Assembly: GCA_003563385.1 (NCBI GenBank)
Contig: PWRZ01000181.1
Span: forward strand, 3,146-67,145
DNA from: Syntrophomonadaceae bacterium
GTDB lineage: Bacteria; Bacillota; Dethiobacteria; DTU022; UBA8154
DNA: 64,000 nucleotides
Direction of reading: 5' to 3'
The notes beneath the pieces are model-generated. The model ran no database searches and had not been told where the DNA came from. It was given only the letters and a program-made list of their open reading frames with translations. The first letter of the stretch is position 1, and every line of letters starts with the position of its first letter. Positions 50,077-57,704 of this stretch are shown piece after piece. Position numbers and translations under genes: made by a program.

Positions 50077-50976
50077 GTGGATGTTAACCTTGCCGGAATA
50101 AATATACTTATTATTGGTGGGGACAAAAGAGAAGTCAAATTGTATTTTCACTTAAAGAAAATAGGGGCCAGCATTTGCATGTATGGTTTTGAGAAATACC
50201 AGTATTTAAAAGAAATTAAGCTCAGTAGCAACCTGATTGAATCCGTCAGCTCTGCGGACGTCATTATTACCCCTCTAACCGGCATTGAAAAAGACGGTAA
50301 AGTTTATGCTCCATACGCCGAAGAAATAATCTACATGAACAAGGAGGCCCTCTTGAAGGCAGTTAACCCGGGGACCCTTTTTATCGCCGGGTATGTTTAC
50401 CCCGGTTTGAAAAAGAGCATGGAAAAAGCGGGTATGGCCGTTTGCGAGACAAGGGAGATGGATGAAATATCCATTCTTAACGCCATACCAACTGCCGAAG
50501 GAGCAATACAGGTGGCCATGGCCAATACGGACATTACCATACACAACAGCCACAGCATCGTACTGGGCTTTGGACGCTGTGGATCGGTAATAGCCCATAC
50601 TTTGAAGGCCCTGGGAGCCGAAGTTACCGTTGCAGTTAGAAGACCGGAAGTTCTTGCCTGGGTAGAAGCGTTTAAAATGAGGCCTCTGCCCATGAGCAGC
50701 CTCGCTGAAGAGATCTGCAGGGCCGACATCATTTTTAATACTATTCCGGCCCTTGTTATTGACGCGGAGGTGATTCACCACATAAAAAGCACTGCCCTCA
50801 TAGTAGACATTGCTTCTTATCCTGGAGGGGTGGATACCGCCGTTGCGGAGAGATTAAATATAAAAGCGGTCATCCTGCCGGGGCTGCCCGGGAAAGTTGC
50901 TCCCAAGACCGCGGGTAAAATACTGTGCAAGGTGTATCCCCGCTTAATAATCTCGTTTTTGAAAGGAGGAAAATAA
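50077..50976 (+). CDS. dpaA: Dipicolinate synthase subunit A (SpoVFA)
   Basis: ..INILIIGGDKREV... Rossmann-like DpaA pattern. It is paired with the flavoprotein subunit downstream (2-nt gap). Confidence 0.85.
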   Translation: MDVNLAGINILIIGGDKREVKLYFHLKKIGASICMYGFEKYQYLKEIKLSSNLIESVSSADVIITPLTGIEKDGKVYAPYAEEIIYMNKEALLKAVNPGTLFIAGYVYPGLKKSMEKAGMAVCETREMDEISILNAIPTAEGAIQVAMANTDITIHNSHSIVLGFGRCGSVIAHTLKALGAEVTVAVRRPEVLAWVEAFKMRPLPMSSLAEEICRADIIFNTIPALVIDAEVIHHIKSTALIVDIASYPGGVDTAVAERLNIKAVILPGLPGKVAPKTAGKILCKVYPRLIISFLKGGK

Positions 50977-50977
50977 C

Positions 50978-51565
50978 TTGAGCCTTCAGGGAAAAAGAAT
51001 CGGAATGGCCTTAACCGGGTCACACTGCACGGTTGAAGCCGTATATCCTCAAATGGAGAAGTTGATACAGGCCGGCGCCATTATCTTCCCTATTATATCT
51101 CCGTCCGTTGACGAAACGGACACCCGTTTTGGCGAAGCAGAACAGGTCAAGGAAAAGCTGTCGCATATTACAGGTCACAGTATTATCACAACCATTGTCG
51201 AAGCGGAGCCGGTCGGCCCGCAAAAACTGTTCGACGTGCTTGTTATAGCCCCGTGCACGGGAAATACGCTGGCAAAGCTGGCAAACGGGATCACGGACAG
51301 CGGCGTCTTGATGGCAGCGAAGGCCCAGTTAAGAAATCAAAGGCCGGTAGTCCTTGCCATAGCCACAAATGACGCCCTCGGCTTAAACGCCAGGAATATT
51401 GGCACACTTCTGGTCACCAAAAACATATACCTGGTCCCGCTCGGGCAGGACGACCCGCTAAAAAAACCAAATTCCCTTGTCTTTAAAGAGCATCTACTGG
51501 TATCGGCAATAGAAAAAGCGCTGCAGGGAGTACAGCTGCAGCCCATTTTAATATCCCCTCTTTAG
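50978..51565 (+). CDS. dpaB: Dipicolinate synthase subunit B (SpoVFB, flavoprotein-like)
   Basis: ..KRIGMALTGSHCTVEAV... is the DpaB/flavoprotein pattern. 195 aa. Confidence 0.85.
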   Translation: MSLQGKRIGMALTGSHCTVEAVYPQMEKLIQAGAIIFPIISPSVDETDTRFGEAEQVKEKLSHITGHSIITTIVEAEPVGPQKLFDVLVIAPCTGNTLAKLANGITDSGVLMAAKAQLRNQRPVVLAIATNDALGLNARNIGTLLVTKNIYLVPLGQDDPLKKPNSLVFKEHLLVSAIEKALQGVQLQPILISPL

Positions 51566-51666
51566 CTTGTATCCACTAATTTTTCACTGGTCGTTTTTCC
51601 TGTTTGAAAATGGATGGCCCTTTTGATATAATAAGCACAAAATTCCGGAGGAGGTTTAATTCAGGT

Positions 51667-52545
51667 ATGTTCGGTTCTATGATCACCGCAATGGTAACTC
51701 CTTTTGATAGTGATTTCGGGGTTAATTATGATTCACTTGTCGAACTGGCCGGGCACCTTGTTAAAACGGGCTCAGACAGCCTGGTGGCAACAGGAACTAC
51801 GGGAGAGTCAACTACTCTTTCCAAGGAAGAGAAGATAGACATATATAAAGCTGTCGTCGGCGCTGTCAAAGGGAAAGCGAAGGTGATTGCCGGAACAGGC
51901 GTTAATTCGACCAGGGAATGTATCGAATTGAGTTTAAAAGCCCAGGATGCCGGAGTGGATGGGGTAATGCTTGTCACCCCTTACTATAACAGGCCTCCCC
52001 AGGAAGGTCTTTACCAGCATTTTAAGAGCGTAGCCGATGCTCTTTCAATACCGGTTATGCTTTACAATGTGCCGGGCAGGACCGCGGTTAACCTTGCAGC
52101 TGAAACCACGCTGCGTCTGGCCGAAGTAGAAAATATCGTGGCCATCAAAGAAGCAAGCGGCAACGTTGAGCAGATTACATACATCTGCGCAGACACACCC
52201 GATGACTTTGCTGTATACAGCGGCGATGACTCCATGACCCTCCCGGTTTTGATCTGCGGCGGCAATGGCGTGGTAAGCATATCCGCACACCTGGTGGGGA
52301 ACGAGATAAAAAAGATGATCGACAGCTTTTTGGTTGGCAATGTACAGGAGGCTGTACGGTTACACCAGAAGCTGATGCCTTTATTTAAAGGGTTGTTTAT
52401 GAGCACCAACCCCGTTCCCTTGAAAGCAGCACTTTCAATGGTGGGCATGAATGTCGGCCAGCCGAGATTGCCGCTCACCCCTCTCCCGGAAAGCCAGGTA
52501 CCGGAGTTGAGGAAACTGCTGCACAGTTACGACCTTATTAGTTAG
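51667..52545 (+). CDS. dapA: 4-hydroxy-tetrahydrodipicolinate synthase
   Basis: MFGSMITAMVTPFDSDFGVNYDSL...LVATGTTGESTTLS...; active-site Lys region ..VAIKEASGN.. ATG 51667 with a GGAGGAGG Shine-Dalgarno. Confidence 0.85.
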   Translation: MFGSMITAMVTPFDSDFGVNYDSLVELAGHLVKTGSDSLVATGTTGESTTLSKEEKIDIYKAVVGAVKGKAKVIAGTGVNSTRECIELSLKAQDAGVDGVMLVTPYYNRPPQEGLYQHFKSVADALSIPVMLYNVPGRTAVNLAAETTLRLAEVENIVAIKEASGNVEQITYICADTPDDFAVYSGDDSMTLPVLICGGNGVVSISAHLVGNEIKKMIDSFLVGNVQEAVRLHQKLMPLFKGLFMSTNPVPLKAALSMVGMNVGQPRLPLTPLPESQVPELRKLLHSYDLIS

Positions 52546-52605
52546 CATACATCCCCCGACGAATCAGCTGCCGGGCTTTTCCTGCCGCCCGCTGTTTGCT
52601 TTTGG

Positions 52606-52642
52606 CGCTCCTTTTATGCAAAAGGGGCGTTTTTTATTTGCT
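52606..52642 (+). terminator. Rho-independent terminator after dapA
   Basis: CGCTCCTTTT-atgc-AAAAGGGGCG stem (10 bp, one G.U) followed by TTTTTTATTTG. Confidence 0.6.
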
Positions 52643-52722
52643 CTCTGCCAATTTATAGAGTATAATATATTATTGGAAAACAGGAACGGGCAAATAATTT
52701 AAAAAAGGAGTGAGATTTTTTT

Positions 52723-54447
52723 TTGAGAAGAAAAAACAAAAGAAAAAACAGTAAGGATAAGGACAGCCTTCTTGTTATACCCTTGGGAGGAATAGGGGAA
52801 ATAGGGAAAAATATGTTTGTTGTTCAGTTCGGTGAAGAGATAGTAGTACTGGATGCCGGTCTTAAGTTTCCAGAAGAGGAAATGCTGGGGGTTGACATAG
52901 TTATCCCGGACCTGGGCTACCTCCTGGAGAATAAGAAAAAAATAAAGGCAATTATATTAACTCACGGCCACGAAGATCACATTGGAGCTATCCCTTATGT
53001 GCTCGGTGAAGTCAATGTACCCATTTACGGTACGAGATTGACACTGGGGCTTTTAAAGCGGAAGCTGGAGGAATTTGGGCTGCTGGATGGTGCTTCCCTC
53101 AATGAAATCAGTCCCGGCAAGGAACTGCAGCTTGAACGCATAAAGGCGGCATTTTTTGCCACCAACCACAGCATACCTGATTCCGTAGGTGTGGTTCTTT
53201 ATACCCCCGCAGGCAATATTGTTTACACCAGCGATTTCAAGTTTGACTATACACCGGTAATGGGAAGAACTACTGACTTACACGCTATTGCAGACGTGGG
53301 CAAAGAAGGGGTGCTTGTTGCTCTATCCGACAGCACAAATGCCGAGCAGCCCGGTTTCACGCATTCCGAAATAGAAGTAGGGGATACACTGAACAACATT
53401 TTTTCTTCCGCTGAAGGAAGGATAGTTACAGTAACATTTGCTTCCAACGTGCACCGCATCCAGCAGATCGTCAATGCCACCAGTTTTGCCGGAAGAAAGC
53501 TGGCCGTGGACGGGAGAAGCATGGTCAATGTTGTTGAGATTGCACAGGAGCTCGGTTACCTGCATATTCCTCCCGGTCTTCTTATCGATGTGGATGAGGT
53601 CAATAAATGCCCCCGTGAAAATGTTGTTATTCTAACAACGGGAACACAGGGAGAGCCGCTCTCTGCTTTAACCAGGCTTGCCAATGCGAATCATAAGAAA
53701 TTTGAGATTATACCCGGTGATACAGTTGTAATAGCGGCAACGCCTATTCCCGGGAATGAAAAACTGGTATCCCGAACCATTGACAATCTCTTCAAAAGAG
53801 GTGCTGAAGTAATTTACGAGGCTGTATCAGGGGTCCATGTTTCCGGCCATGCCAGCCAGGAAGAGCTCAAGCTGATGCTGAACCTTTTACGGCCCCGTTA
53901 CCTGATACCGGTTCACGGCGAATACAGGCACCTCATACATCATGCCAACCTTGCAGAGAAAGTGGGCCTGAGAAAAGAAAACGTTTTTATTGTTGAAAAC
54001 GGCACTGTTATGGAATTTACAGCCGAACGCGGCAGTGTTGTAGGATCGGTACAGGCAGAAGGGGTAATGGTCGACGGCCTGGGCATCGGTGATGTTGGCA
54101 GTATAGTCCTGAAAGACCGGCAGCTCTTATCGCGCGACGGGATTTTCATAGTGGTGGTTACCATAGACAGCAGTGAAAACAAAATTGTCAGCGGTCCCGA
54201 TATTGTTTCCAGGGGTTTCGTATACGTTAAGGAGTCGGAGGAGTTAATGGAACAGGCCCGGGAAAAAATTGCCTGGGCATTGGAAGAAATGCTAGATAAG
54301 AAAATAAGTGAATGGACAGCTATAAAAAACAGTATCAAAGATTGTACCGGCAAGTTCCTGTGGGAAAAAACAGGACGGAGGCCGATGATACTGCCAATAA
54401 TAATGGAGGTGCGTACGGCAAAGACAGCACAACAGCCTGCCAGGTAG
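52723..54447 (+). CDS. rnj: Ribonuclease J
   Basis: Beta-lactamase/beta-CASP fold with ILTHGHEDHIGA. ~570 aa. Synteny matches dapA-ymfA(rnjB) in Bacillus. A TTGCTC-17-TATAAT promoter lies at ~52633-52661. Confidence 0.85.
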   Translation: MRRKNKRKNSKDKDSLLVIPLGGIGEIGKNMFVVQFGEEIVVLDAGLKFPEEEMLGVDIVIPDLGYLLENKKKIKAIILTHGHEDHIGAIPYVLGEVNVPIYGTRLTLGLLKRKLEEFGLLDGASLNEISPGKELQLERIKAAFFATNHSIPDSVGVVLYTPAGNIVYTSDFKFDYTPVMGRTTDLHAIADVGKEGVLVALSDSTNAEQPGFTHSEIEVGDTLNNIFSSAEGRIVTVTFASNVHRIQQIVNATSFAGRKLAVDGRSMVNVVEIAQELGYLHIPPGLLIDVDEVNKCPRENVVILTTGTQGEPLSALTRLANANHKKFEIIPGDTVVIAATPIPGNEKLVSRTIDNLFKRGAEVIYEAVSGVHVSGHASQEELKLMLNLLRPRYLIPVHGEYRHLIHHANLAEKVGLRKENVFIVENGTVMEFTAERGSVVGSVQAEGVMVDGLGIGDVGSIVLKDRQLLSRDGIFIVVVTIDSSENKIVSGPDIVSRGFVYVKESEELMEQAREKIAWALEEMLDKKISEWTAIKNSIKDCTGKFLWEKTGRRPMILPIIMEVRTAKTAQQPAR

Positions 54448-54488
54448 CAGGCTGTTGTTCCGTTGAAGGGTGTTAGGCGGACCCGGAA

Positions 54489-54779
54489 TTAACCGGAATT
54501 TAATTTCTCATATATTTCCTCTGTTAACTGGGCCCGGCTTTTGCCTTCTACATCAAGGCCCATGCTGGCCGCCGATGCAGCGAGCAGCTCAAAAGGGTAG
54601 CCCCGCAAGGTAGAGAAGGAACCTTTTCTGATTGTTTCCATAAGCTGCTTATTTTGCTCATCATTTTCTTCTTCGAATTCTACCAGGGGTAGCTCATGAT
54701 CAGCCCTATGGAGAAGTTGCCGTGAAGGGTCTGCGTTAGAGGCTGCCACCAGGGGTAAGCAGCCGTATACTCCTGCCAC
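54489..54779 (-). CDS. Hypothetical protein with a C-terminal Rho_N/SAP-like helix-hairpin. It may be the C-terminal part of a frameshifted gene together with 54680..55147
   Basis: ..FELLAASAASMGLDVEGKSRAQLTEEIYEKLN resembles the Rho_N motif (L..LR..A..LGI.G.S.M.K.ELI..I). It overlaps the upstream - strand ORF in another frame. Confidence 0.3.
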   Translation of the reverse strand: MAGVYGCLPLVAASNADPSRQLLHRADHELPLVEFEEENDEQNKQLMETIRKGSFSTLRGYPFELLAASAASMGLDVEGKSRAQLTEEIYEKLNSG

Positions 54780-55147
54780 GGTAGGTACAGTACCCCGAAG
54801 TGCGGGTGGATAAAGATTGCAAAAGCAATTACTGCCAGCATGGCGGAGAAGGCAATTACTGAAAAGCCCTGTGCCGGCTGTGACTGTTCTCTCCAGGGGC
54901 GGTGCTCAAAGGCGTTTTTAAACACCAGGCTCATGATCAGCACGAGCACGAAGAAAGAGACAATGGCCAGGGCTGATTGTTCCCGTGCAATAACACCCCC
55001 GATTCCCTGAAAGACCAGGATCTGCTCCCCCCTGACGCGCAGTATGATGGGGACGTCAAGGGTAAAGCTGGCGCACCCGGGGAAGAGCTTGTGTATTTCC
55101 CCCGGTTCGTGTTCCACCAGGTTGCCCCTGTAACCCGATTTTTCCAT
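54680..55147 (-). CDS. Hypothetical small membrane protein (2-3 TM). Only the part from the internal Met ~55147 is credible
   Basis: Hydrophobic segments ..ALAIVSFFVLVLIMSLVF.. and ..FSVIAFSAMLAVIAFAIFI.. The upstream part of the ORF-track call (to 55408) is antisense to the sigma-54 activator remnant. Confidence 0.3.
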   Translation of the reverse strand: MEKSGYRGNLVEHEPGEIHKLFPGCASFTLDVPIILRVRGEQILVFQGIGGVIAREQSALAIVSFFVLVLIMSLVFKNAFEHRPWREQSQPAQGFSVIAFSAMLAVIAFAIFIHPHFGVLYLPWQEYTAAYPWWQPLTQTLHGNFSIGLIMSYPW

Positions 55148-55169
55148 CAGCTCGTACCCTTCGGGATAG

Positions 55170-55571
55170 AAGGTAGAAGGTATATACATCGGTATTTTCA
55201 AGCAGCAGAAACTCGATATTTCCAGTGAAGCGCTGGACATTTTAATGCAGTATGATTTCCCGGGCAATGTAAGGGAGCTAAAAAATATTATCGAGCATGC
55301 TTTTATTAAGTCCGACAGCCTGATCATTGAAAAGTGCGACCTGCCTCCTTTTGTGCTGAAGGGCTGCAGGAGCAGTACCGCTAACGTTGATGTTGATAAG
55401 GAGGTCAAGGGCGGGCATCCTGCACTGAAGGAAGTATCCAGGGAAAAAGAAATTGATTATATACTCAGGGTGATAGAAGAGTGTCGCGGCAACAAGAGCA
55501 AGGCTTCCAGGATACTGGGAATATCCCGCAAAACCCTTTATAACAAGCTGGGAGAGAGACTTAAGAATTAA
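55170..55571 (+). pseudogene. C-terminal remnant of a sigma-54-dependent transcriptional activator (end of the AAA+ domain plus Fis-type HTH). It has no start codon and no N-terminal domains
   Basis: The in-frame reading ..KQQKLDISSEALDILMQYDFPGNVRELKNIIEHAF... holds the PGNVREL signature, and ..ILRVIEECRGNKSKASRILGISRKTLYNKL.. is the HTH_8 domain. The frame is closed by a stop at 55167 with no initiation codon in between. Confidence 0.6.
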
Positions 55572-55583
55572 TATCGTCCAAAG

Positions 55584-55656
55584 TTGACAAGTGACAAGGG
55601 GTGACAAGGGGACGGGGTTGACAGTTGGTTGACAAGGGGACGGGGTACTTGTCAAC
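55584..55656 (+). repeat. Copy 1 of a locus-specific motif array: TTGACAA / GTGACAAGGGG / TGACAAGGGGACGGGG / TTGACAG / TTGACAAGGGGACGGGGTACTTGTCAA
   Basis: Directly repeated TGACAAGGGG(ACGGGG) units end in the inverted repeat TGACAAG-N11-CTTGTCA. It starts 13 nt after the stop of the sigma-54 activator remnant. Confidence 0.8.
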
Positions 55657-55669
55657 CTCGAGGGCGCAG

Positions 55670-55758
55670 ATACACTGCCCGGAACATGTTCATTTACGCT
55701 TTTCAGGGCTGCCAGGTATTAAACTTTAAATACCGGGCAGCCCCTGTTTTTTTCCATA
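55670..55758 (+). ncRNA. Candidate small RNA / leader transcript ending at a strong intrinsic terminator
   Basis: A possible TTGTCA-16-TACACT promoter lies inside the repeat. The putative transcript contains the perfect palindrome GAACATGTTC, then a 14-bp stem GGGCTGCCAGGTAT..ATACCGGGCAGCCC followed by CTGTTTTTTT (~55706-55758). No ORF is present. Confidence 0.35.
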
Positions 55759-56011
55759 ATAAAAAAAATAATTTCATGATGCCTGAACAAAGCAGGCTGG
55801 TCCTGCAACATAGAAAGTAGAAAACTGATAACGGCTGCTGCTACATGCGGAGCAGGAAAGGGATGCCAATTCGAAGAATAGTTAAATTATGTTTCCATGT
55901 TCAAATTGTTCAATTTATAATCCTGCTTTCATAATCCTGTTACAGGTCAATAAAGTAGAGGGGTGGTGTGTCTTTAAGGTGTACCTATTAAGTTAAAAGG
56001 AGGCTTCCAGT

Positions 56012-57616
56012 ATGTACTGCGGTAAATGTGGAACAAGTATTGAAGAGGGATATTATTATTGCCCGGACTGCGGTGCCCCCGTGGAAGAACCGGTTCGGCC
56101 CGGTTCCGAGATCAGGCAGCGTAAGATTGCACCCAGGTTAAAATATATACTGCCGGGGTTGGCGGCCCTGGTGGCGGCGGTGATTGTGGGGGTAACCTAT
56201 TTATCTTCACCTTTTATTGATGTTCCCGGTGACTACTCCACTATCCAGGAAGCAATTGATGCTGCCGAAGATGGTGATACCATAGTGGTGGAACCGGGCA
56301 CCTACAGCGAGAACATTGATTTTAAAGGTAAAAACATCACCCTGCGCAGCACCGACCCCGATGACACTGAAGTGGTAAATAATACCATCATTGACGGAGG
56401 GGGCAGCGGTTCCGTGGTCACCTTCCGCAGCGCAGAAAGCGAAGAAGCTGTATTGTCGGGTTTTACCATCACGGGTGGGAGCGGTACCTGGGAGGAGGCC
56501 GAGCTTATGTACCAGGGAGAACTGAGGGAAGTGGAAGGTTATGTTGGCGGCGGCATCCTGGTTATATACGGAAGTTCACCGCTGATCGAGAAAAATGTCA
56601 TAGAAGGAAATACTTCCAAACATGGCGCCGGCATTGGCATTTATCACCAATCTTCCCCCAGCCTGCTGCACAACACCATTGTGAACAACATATCCGGAAG
56701 CGCCGGGGCCGGGGTACATATCTCTCTAAAGTCGTCTCCCGTCATACAGGAGAATACCATAGCTAACAACGAGGCCAAAGCCGGTGCTGGGGGGATAGCT
56801 GCCATTAATGGCTCTTCCCCTCTTATTAAGGGAAATATCATTACCGATAACATCGCCGAGGGTGCGGGTGGCGGCATTTTTGTTTTTCTGTCCTCGCCTG
56901 ATATAGAGGGTAACACCATTGCCGAAAATGTGGCGGTGGAAGACGGCAGCGGCGGGGGAATATCTATTGTATTCGAATCTTCCCCTCGTATAGAAGGCAA
57001 CACCATTACGGGTAATACGGCAGATAAAGAAGGAGGCGGGATATATATTGAGCGTGGGTCCTCCCCCACCATTGCAGGAAACACCTTCACCGATAACTAC
57101 GCGTTTCACGCCGGTGGCGGGATAGCCGTTTGGTATAATTCTTATCCCCGTATAGAAGGCAACACCGTCTCTGATAACCAAGCATTAGTTGGCGGTGGCA
57201 TATTTGTTGCCTATGAGTCTTACCCCGAGATTACCGGCAACACCATTTCTGATAACACCACCGATGTCGGCGGTGGCGGTATATTCGTTTGGGAGAATTC
57301 TTCCCCCCATATAGAAGGCAACACCGTCACCGGAAACGAAACAGCTGGTATTGGTGGCGGCATAGTAGTTGACGAAGATTCTTCCCCCCGCATAGACGGC
57401 AACATTATTTCTACCAACGCTGCCGATACGAACGGTGGGGGGATTTTTGTTGGCCCTGGATCTTCCCCTGCCATTGCGGGCAATACCTTCGAGGAAAACC
57501 GGGCCGGTATGGAGGGCGGGGCCATCTGGTTAAGTGGCGACTCCAGCCCCCTTTTAAACGACCCTATCGACAATACTTACAGTGGCAACAAGCCCGGTGA
57601 CGTCTACCGGCAGTAG
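56012..57616 (+). CDS. Zinc-ribbon / single-TM / right-handed parallel beta-helix repeat protein (gene A of the zinc-ribbon cluster)
   Basis: N-terminal CGKCG...CPDCG double CxxC, a TM (LKYILPGLAALVAAVIVGVTYL), then ~12 imperfect 22-aa repeats of type SSPxIEGNTIxxNxAxxxGGGIxV (PbH1/NosD-like). Confidence 0.8.
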   Translation: MYCGKCGTSIEEGYYYCPDCGAPVEEPVRPGSEIRQRKIAPRLKYILPGLAALVAAVIVGVTYLSSPFIDVPGDYSTIQEAIDAAEDGDTIVVEPGTYSENIDFKGKNITLRSTDPDDTEVVNNTIIDGGGSGSVVTFRSAESEEAVLSGFTITGGSGTWEEAELMYQGELREVEGYVGGGILVIYGSSPLIEKNVIEGNTSKHGAGIGIYHQSSPSLLHNTIVNNISGSAGAGVHISLKSSPVIQENTIANNEAKAGAGGIAAINGSSPLIKGNIITDNIAEGAGGGIFVFLSSPDIEGNTIAENVAVEDGSGGGISIVFESSPRIEGNTITGNTADKEGGGIYIERGSSPTIAGNTFTDNYAFHAGGGIAVWYNSYPRIEGNTVSDNQALVGGGIFVAYESYPEITGNTISDNTTDVGGGGIFVWENSSPHIEGNTVTGNETAGIGGGIVVDEDSSPRIDGNIISTNAADTNGGGIFVGPGSSPAIAGNTFEENRAGMEGGAIWLSGDSSPLLNDPIDNTYSGNKPGDVYRQ

Positions 57617-57639
57617 GCAGTGTCAGGCACCGGAAAAAG

Positions 57640-57670
57640 CAGCAGTTCCAGGTTGGGCCGGAGGGGCCGG
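57640..57670 (+). terminator. Rho-independent terminator after gene A
   Basis: GGCCGG-agggg-CCGGCC stem followed by TGTGTTTTT. Confidence 0.5.
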
Positions 57671-57704
57671 CCTGTGTTTTTAACAATTAACTGGAGGTGG
57701 TCAA

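Noticed and set aside
55584-55656. Could the TGACAAGGGG repeats be a CRISPR array?
   Set aside because: The units are contiguous or irregularly spaced with no spacers of uniform length, and no cas genes are nearby. The three loci are kilobases apart. It is not a CRISPR array.
55676-55690. The GAACATGTTC palindrome as a LexA (Cheo) box
   Set aside because: The Firmicute SOS box is GAAC-N4-GTTC. Here the spacer is 2 nt, so it does not fit.
55660-56011. A sigma-54 promoter (TGGCAC-N5-TTGCW) downstream of the activator remnant and repeats
   Set aside because: I scanned the A-gene upstream region and the regions before genes C, F and H by eye. No GG-N10-GC element with correct spacing was found. 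The nearest candidate, ctGGtcctGCaa, has the wrong spacing.
56644-57573. Several - strand ORFs inside gene A (56644..57090, 56726..57181, 57220..57573)
   Set aside because: These are antisense frames of the GC-rich beta-helix repeats. The + strand gene has coherent repeats and domain structure.
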